Assembly: GCA_963713825.1 (NCBI GenBank)
Contig: CAVQNG010000004.1
Coordinates: 256,001 to 320,000, forward strand
Length of the DNA: 64,000 bases
From: an uncultured Acidobacteriota bacterium
GTDB taxonomy: Bacteria > Acidobacteriota > Thermoanaerobaculia > Multivoradales > JAHEKO01
Direction of reading: 5' to 3'
The translations under genes were made by a program, and so were the position numbers. Within the stretch, counting starts at the first letter, position 1. Every line of letters starts with the position of its first letter. The notes under the pieces are model-generated. The model saw only the letters and a program-made list of their open reading frames with translations, made no database searches and was not told where the DNA came from. Positions 59,401 through 64,000 of the stretch are shown one piece after another.

Positions 59401-61124
59401 AGCGATCGACTCTTCTGACGCTGGGCTTCGGCCTGTTGTTGGTTTCGGTGACGCCCGTTCTCGCTCAGACCACGACCTCATGCGAAACCTGCCACGCCGA
59501 CGGCGACCTTTTCGACGCGGCGAGCATCCAGAAAATGGAGGGCTTCAGCGGTGGGGTGCACGCTGCCTCGGGTCTCTCCTGCCACGACTGTCATGGCGGC
59601 AATCCCGATCCGGCGGTCGCCGACGACATGATGGCGGCGATGGACGAGGGCTACAGTGACAACCCCTACGTAGGAGTGCCTGAAAGAGGCGCGGTCCCGG
59701 GCTTCTGTGGTAGCTGTCACTCAGATCCCACCTACATGAAGCGTTTCAAGCCCGATGCCAGGATCGACCAGGAACGCGAGTACTGGACTTCCCGTCACGG
59801 CATAGCCCTACAGGAGGGCGACATCAACGTCGCCACCTGCATCGACTGTCACGGCGTGCACGGCATCCTCGCTGCCGGCAACCCCGAATCCATGGTCTTC
59901 CCGACGCAAGTTGCCGAAACCTGTCGGAATTGCCATGGCGATGCGGCACGAATGACCGGCTACGAGTTGCCCAACGGACAGCCGCTGCCGATCGACCAGT
60001 ACGCTCGGTGGAGACAAAGCGTTCATGCCGAAAACCTTCTGGTCAAAGAGGATCTCTCGGCCCCAACCTGCAACGACTGCCACGGCAACCACGGCGCAGC
60101 CCCACCGGGCCTCGACTCGGTGACCTTCGTCTGCGGTCAGTGCCATGGCCGCGAGGCCGAGATGTTTCGCGCTAGCCCGAAGCTCGTCGCTTTCGAGATG
60201 CACAACGAGTTCATGGCCGAGGCTGGCCCCGCTGGCTGCGCAGGCTGCCACGAAGATCCGGAGCCGCAAGCCTCGGTAACGATGACCAGTCTGGGCGAGT
60301 GCTCCGCTTGTCACGGCAACCACGGCATCGTGCGGCCCTCGGTGGGCATGCTCTCACCGCCTCCGCCCACTCCCTGTCAGTTCTGCCACGGCGACAACGA
60401 GAGAGTGGCGGGGCATCTCCAGGAGCCGGAGGCCATTCGTCAGAGTCACATCGAGACCCGGGATGCGCTGATGGCCGAAGCTGAGGCGCAGGGACTCGAG
60501 GGCGAAGCGCTGTTCAATTGGTTGGTCGATCAGGCGCTGACCCTGCCCAATCACACGATTGCGACCTCGGAAGAGGGTGACCTGGTTCTTCGTCTGGAGT
60601 TCGAGCGGCTGTTCAACAAGTTTCGCCTGGGCAAGACGACCTTTACCTACGAAGACCCGGTGACTGGCGAACCGACCGAAGGGCATGTGATCCGCTGCGA
60701 CACCTGCCACGCCACCGAGCCGCTCCTGGCGGACGAACCGAAGGGCATCCAGGTCTCGGGCGCGATCCAAAATCGGATGCGGGAGCTGACGTCACTGACG
60801 GCAGGCGCCGAGAGGGTCCTGCTGCGGGCCCGAAGAGGCGGCGTCGAAACACGCCACGCACTCTCCGAGATCGATCAGGCGGTCGACGCACAGATCGGCC
60901 TCGAAGTCCTGGTGCACGGATTCTCCGTCGACGAGGACAGTGAGTTCATGGAGACGCACGCAACGGGCATGGAGCACGCGAATGCCGCTTTTGCCGCCGG
61001 TATCGAAGCCTTGGACGAGATGGCATTTCGGCGCAAGGGAATGCTGGTCTCCCTGGCCGTGATCGTGCTGGTACTGATCGGCCTGGCCTTCAAGATCCGA
61101 CAGATCTCAGCCCGGGCAGACTAG
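59397..61124 (+). CDS. Multiheme cytochrome c (11 CxxCH) with C-terminal membrane anchor
   Basis: Signal peptide; CETCH, CHDCH, CGSCH, CIDCH, CRNCH, CNDCH, CGQCH, CAGCH, CSACH, CQFCH, CDTCH; C-terminal TM helix. Confidence 0.93.
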   Translation: MKRSTLLTLGFGLLLVSVTPVLAQTTTSCETCHADGDLFDAASIQKMEGFSGGVHAASGLSCHDCHGGNPDPAVADDMMAAMDEGYSDNPYVGVPERGAVPGFCGSCHSDPTYMKRFKPDARIDQEREYWTSRHGIALQEGDINVATCIDCHGVHGILAAGNPESMVFPTQVAETCRNCHGDAARMTGYELPNGQPLPIDQYARWRQSVHAENLLVKEDLSAPTCNDCHGNHGAAPPGLDSVTFVCGQCHGREAEMFRASPKLVAFEMHNEFMAEAGPAGCAGCHEDPEPQASVTMTSLGECSACHGNHGIVRPSVGMLSPPPPTPCQFCHGDNERVAGHLQEPEAIRQSHIETRDALMAEAEAQGLEGEALFNWLVDQALTLPNHTIATSEEGDLVLRLEFERLFNKFRLGKTTFTYEDPVTGEPTEGHVIRCDTCHATEPLLADEPKGIQVSGAIQNRMRELTSLTAGAERVLLRARRGGVETRHALSEIDQAVDAQIGLEVLVHGFSVDEDSEFMETHATGMEHANAAFAAGIEALDEMAFRRKGMLVSLAVIVLVLIGLAFKIRQISARAD

Positions 61125-61141
61125 CGTCTGCCTGGGCTTCG

Positions 61142-61597
61142 AGGCTTGAACCGTCCGTCGTACCTCCGGCCGGCCTTTGGGGGCTTGAGGGTTGAGGAGT
61201 CCGTCGTCCCTCCGGCCTACCTTTGAGGCAGTAGGGCCCCCTCCCTCCCACGCGTATACGCCTCTGAACCCCTACGCCCCTAAGCCCCTATGCCTCTAGC
61301 GGTGCCAGAGGTTCGTTCGGGTGGTTCGACAGGGGGCGCCGAGTCGAGCGCGGCGCAAGGTACATCAAAGGGCACAACAGATGAGGCGCGATGACGAGAC
61401 GAGGTGGCGGCCCGACCGTCAAAGTCCGAATAGCCGCCACCGTCCCCTTGCGGACCACCCGGACGGACCTCTATGAGATATCGGTCCGTTGCTCAAGGCC
61501 AAGGGCCCAAGCCCCAAGGGTTGACCGCGACGAAGCGCGGACAATTCAACCCCAAGCCCTCAAAGACCGGCTGGAGGTACGACAGCCACCTCAACCC
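61142..61597. repeat. Composite repeat: two ~46-bp units (+), CCCCTA tract, structured element copy B, then one ~46-bp unit (-)
   Basis: 61142-61229 and 61547-61597 are inverted relative to each other and enclose 61269-61289 (CCCCTACGCCCCTAAGCCCCT) and 61308-61471. Confidence 0.85.
61308..61471 (+). repeat. Structured non-coding element copy B (MITE-like or ncRNA)
   Basis: GAGGTTCGTTCGGGTGGTTCG…CGGACCACCCGGACGGACCTC termini, with an internal GGTGGCGGC/GCCGCCACC hairpin. Confidence 0.85.
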
Positions 61598-63055
61598 TCA
61601 TTGCGGCTTCTTCGCAACCGCGATGAGGCCCAGGCTCGGCCAGGGGAGGAAGCGATCCATGCGGCGGAGGATCGGCACCATCAGATCGAAGATCTTGAGC
61701 TGGACCCGGCTGAAGGAGCGACGGCGCAGGACCTTGCCGTTGAACCACCACGCGGGCGCGGAGATCCGGTTGAAAGGCTGGGTCTTCTCCACGTGGAGGC
61801 CAACAATCTCGAGCTCGGCCTGCAGGCTCTCGGCCGAGTATCGGCAGCGGTGCCCAAGTGCCTCGTCGAGACTCGAGTAGAGGCCCGGACCGACTGGCAC
61901 ATACAGCACCAACTTGCCGCCTGGCTGCAGGGCTCTGCTCATGCGTTGCAGGGCCGCTACCGGATCCTCGACGTGCTCCAGCACATTGAGGCAGATCACC
62001 GTGTCGAACTGGTCGGCGACCGCCTCGAAGCCATCGTCCTTCTCGAGGTCCAGAAGCGCGACGTCCAGATAGGGCTTGCCGACACTCTGATTCTCGAGGT
62101 AGGTCAGGTAGGCGGGATTGATGTCGCTGGCGAGATACCGATCCCGCGGCACCAGCAGTGAGGTCAGGTTCCCGATGCCGGCGCCGATCTCCAAGACTCT
62201 CGAGCCCAGCATGGGGCGCACGGCATCGGCCATCCAGCCGTTGAACCGCTGGGCCCTTTCCAGGGCGTGCAGAATCATGCCGCCATACTCGTCCTGTTTG
62301 TAGAGGTCGTCCACCATCCAGAAATGGCCGATGGCCCCCAGCGCCTTGAAGCCATCCTTCCAACCGATCTTCTTGCCTTCCTGGTAGGTCCTGCCGCTAT
62401 AGCTGATGGGGACTTCGAAAATGCGGCAATTGCGCTTGGCGAACTTGGCGGTGAGCTCGATCTCCAAACGAAAATCGTCGGAGCGGATCGGGATCGATTG
62501 CAGGAGAGGACCGCGCACCATCTTGTAACAGGTCTCGACGTCCGTGAGGTTCAGGTCGGTGGCCCAATTGCTCATGAAGGTGATCAAGCGGTTACCCAGG
62601 GTGTGCCTGAAGTAGAGGACACGCCGACGGTCGCCGCTCAAGAACCGCGAACCGTAGACGACGTCGGCACCGTCCTCGAGGAACGGCGCCACCAGCTTCG
62701 CCAGGTCCTGTGGGTCGTATTCGAGATCGGCATCCTGAAAGACGATCAGATCGCCCGTCGCGGCCTCGATTCCGGTGCGTACGGCGGCACCCTTGCCCTG
62801 GTTCACGTCGTGATGCAGGACCCGAACCCGTTCTGGATGCTCGACAGCGACGGCATCGACGATCGCTGCGCTGCCGTCCGTCGAGGCGTCGTCGACGACG
62901 ATGACCTCCAACTCGCGGATGCCAGGGATCGCCACCGCAAGCAGTCGCCCCAGCATCTCGCGCACGAGATAGCGCTCGTTGAACACGGGAACGATGGCGC
63001 TCAAGCGCAGCCCACCGTTTCTCTCAACCGATTTCGTGGCCGTCTCCATGCTCAT
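61598..63055 (-). CDS. Fusion of a DPM1-like GT2 glycosyltransferase and a class I methyltransferase
   Basis: VPVFNE, VDDASTDG, NQGKGAA, QDADLEYDP and TDVETCYK, followed by LEIGAGIG, NVLEHV and LQPGG. Confidence 0.92.
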   Translation of the reverse strand: MSMETATKSVERNGGLRLSAIVPVFNERYLVREMLGRLLAVAIPGIRELEVIVVDDASTDGSAAIVDAVAVEHPERVRVLHHDVNQGKGAAVRTGIEAATGDLIVFQDADLEYDPQDLAKLVAPFLEDGADVVYGSRFLSGDRRRVLYFRHTLGNRLITFMSNWATDLNLTDVETCYKMVRGPLLQSIPIRSDDFRLEIELTAKFAKRNCRIFEVPISYSGRTYQEGKKIGWKDGFKALGAIGHFWMVDDLYKQDEYGGMILHALERAQRFNGWMADAVRPMLGSRVLEIGAGIGNLTSLLVPRDRYLASDINPAYLTYLENQSVGKPYLDVALLDLEKDDGFEAVADQFDTVICLNVLEHVEDPVAALQRMSRALQPGGKLVLYVPVGPGLYSSLDEALGHRCRYSAESLQAELEIVGLHVEKTQPFNRISAPAWWFNGKVLRRRSFSRVQLKIFDLMVPILRRMDRFLPWPSLGLIAVAKKPQ

Positions 63056-63067
63056 CCATTCCTCACA

Positions 63068-64000
63068 CTACTGCGTCGCGTTCAAATGCGCCGCGACGGC
63101 GCCGCGATCGACCCGGGCCAGAATCCAGCTGCCCCCTTTCGACTCGAGCTCGATCACAAACAGCCCCGGATGCTCCTGGACCCAGACGTGCTCGATGGTC
63201 TTCGGACCCAGGGCGGCGACATACTCGACCTCGCGGTCCAGGAGGCGCTGCAACCAGGCCTGCCGATCCGCCAGCGCTGCGACATTCTCCGGGTCCTCGT
63301 AGCTGACCAGCCCCCCATCGGTCGTGATCGGAAGATAGAGGACCTCGCGCTGCAACCGTGAGCCTAACAACGGAGAGCGAAACCAGTTATGGCCGATACC
63401 ACCCCCGAAGCCAGCCGTGGCGGCGACGGTACCGGCTCCCTTTTCATCCAGCTCCTTCCAGAGAGGCCAACCACGGATGTAATTGTTGTGATGAAAGTCG
63501 TCCAGCTCCCAGTTGGCAAACAGCCGGTAGCAATCGTAGCGGGTCACCTCACGAACCGCCGAGGCCAGGATGAGAGCGACCGTCACCATCAGCGTGGTCA
63601 GCGTGGCCGTCAACCATCGCCCGCTGGGCCGCCGATGTAGATGCCGGCGATACAGGTAACACAGCCCGAACACGAGAAGCAGGACAATCAGCCAGATTCG
63701 CAAGGTCGAGCCAGGAACCGGCGCCGGCCATTTGCGAGGCGCATAGGCGAAGAGCTCGATCACAAGCAGGGGTAGCACTACCCAGCGCACGGCGCGCTTG
63801 CCTGCGAAACCTGCGAGAGCAAACAGAGCCACGAAGCCAGGCACCCAGAATCGGCCCAGAACATTGAGCCATTGGTCCAGCAGCAGGACCCCTTTGCCGA
63901 CCAGGGCAGGAGCCGCCACGGAGACCGCTGTCACCAGCGCCCAGATCAGGAAGACACGACTGCCGACGGCCTTCGAGCGGCGCCAGCCGCCGACCACACC
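63068..64000 (-). CDS. Polytopic membrane protein, 3' part; start probably lies beyond the window
   Basis: Open frame to the window edge with several TM helices and a soluble C-terminal domain, directly upstream of the GT2 fusion. Confidence 0.65.
   Translation of the reverse strand, partial: GVVGGWRRSKAVGSRVFLIWALVTAVSVAAPALVGKGVLLLDQWLNVLGRFWVPGFVALFALAGFAGKRAVRWVVLPLLVIELFAYAPRKWPAPVPGSTLRIWLIVLLLVFGLCYLYRRHLHRRPSGRWLTATLTTLMVTVALILASAVREVTRYDCYRLFANWELDDFHHNNYIRGWPLWKELDEKGAGTVAATAGFGGGIGHNWFRSPLLGSRLQREVLYLPITTDGGLVSYEDPENVAALADRQAWLQRLLDREVEYVAALGPKTIEHVWVQEHPGLFVIELESKGGSWILARVDRGAVAAHLNATQ

Noticed and set aside
61308-61471. 6S RNA, group II intron fragment or hammerhead ribozyme as the identity of the structured element
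   Set aside because: It is multi-copy and embedded in repeat mosaics. I see no group II domain V, and CAGATGA does not match the hammerhead CUGAnGA/GAAA core. Left as unidentified.

Overview
GC-rich bacterial chromosomal segment, most consistent with Acidobacteriota (GWxTD-domain and acidobacterial VWA proteins; taxonomy is inference). The left end (1-6.7 kb) is housekeeping: partial fabH, GWxTD protein, folE, a TrmA/RlmD RNA methyltransferase, an RNase Z-like hydrolase, an archaeal-type GAPDH-like enzyme, and a SelW/Rdx selenoprotein that the ORF track misses (in-frame UGA plus SECIS-like hairpin). The main feature is a ~24 kb biosynthetic cluster (8.35-32.0 kb). It combines a PltF/PltL/PltE-like starter triad whose adenylation enzyme lacks the amine-binding Asp, a C-A-T NRPS with an Asn-type A domain interrupted by an SGGKDS ATP-pyrophosphatase domain (AlbIV/CysH AMDH-like), and a C-A-T-TE NRPS with a His-like code. 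It also carries an Sfp PPTase, two sulfotransferases, a methyltransferase, GT1/GT2/GT4/GT-C glycosyltransferases and a Wzx flippase. The right half holds an H1-like protein, nrdJ with an NrdR box, a Gld-type ABC operon, a K+ channel, hslR, msrAB, dinB, fumC, carB, a GAF kinase/NarL regulator with USP/CBS genes, and a Rieske/cytochrome b/11-heme cytochrome c complex. Four intergenic regions share modular palindromic repeats (REP doublets, a ~46-bp hairpin unit, and a 164/208-bp element with G-U-type terminal pairing). No rRNA, tRNA, CRISPR array or transposase was recognised. All calls come from reading motifs by eye; no database searches were run.
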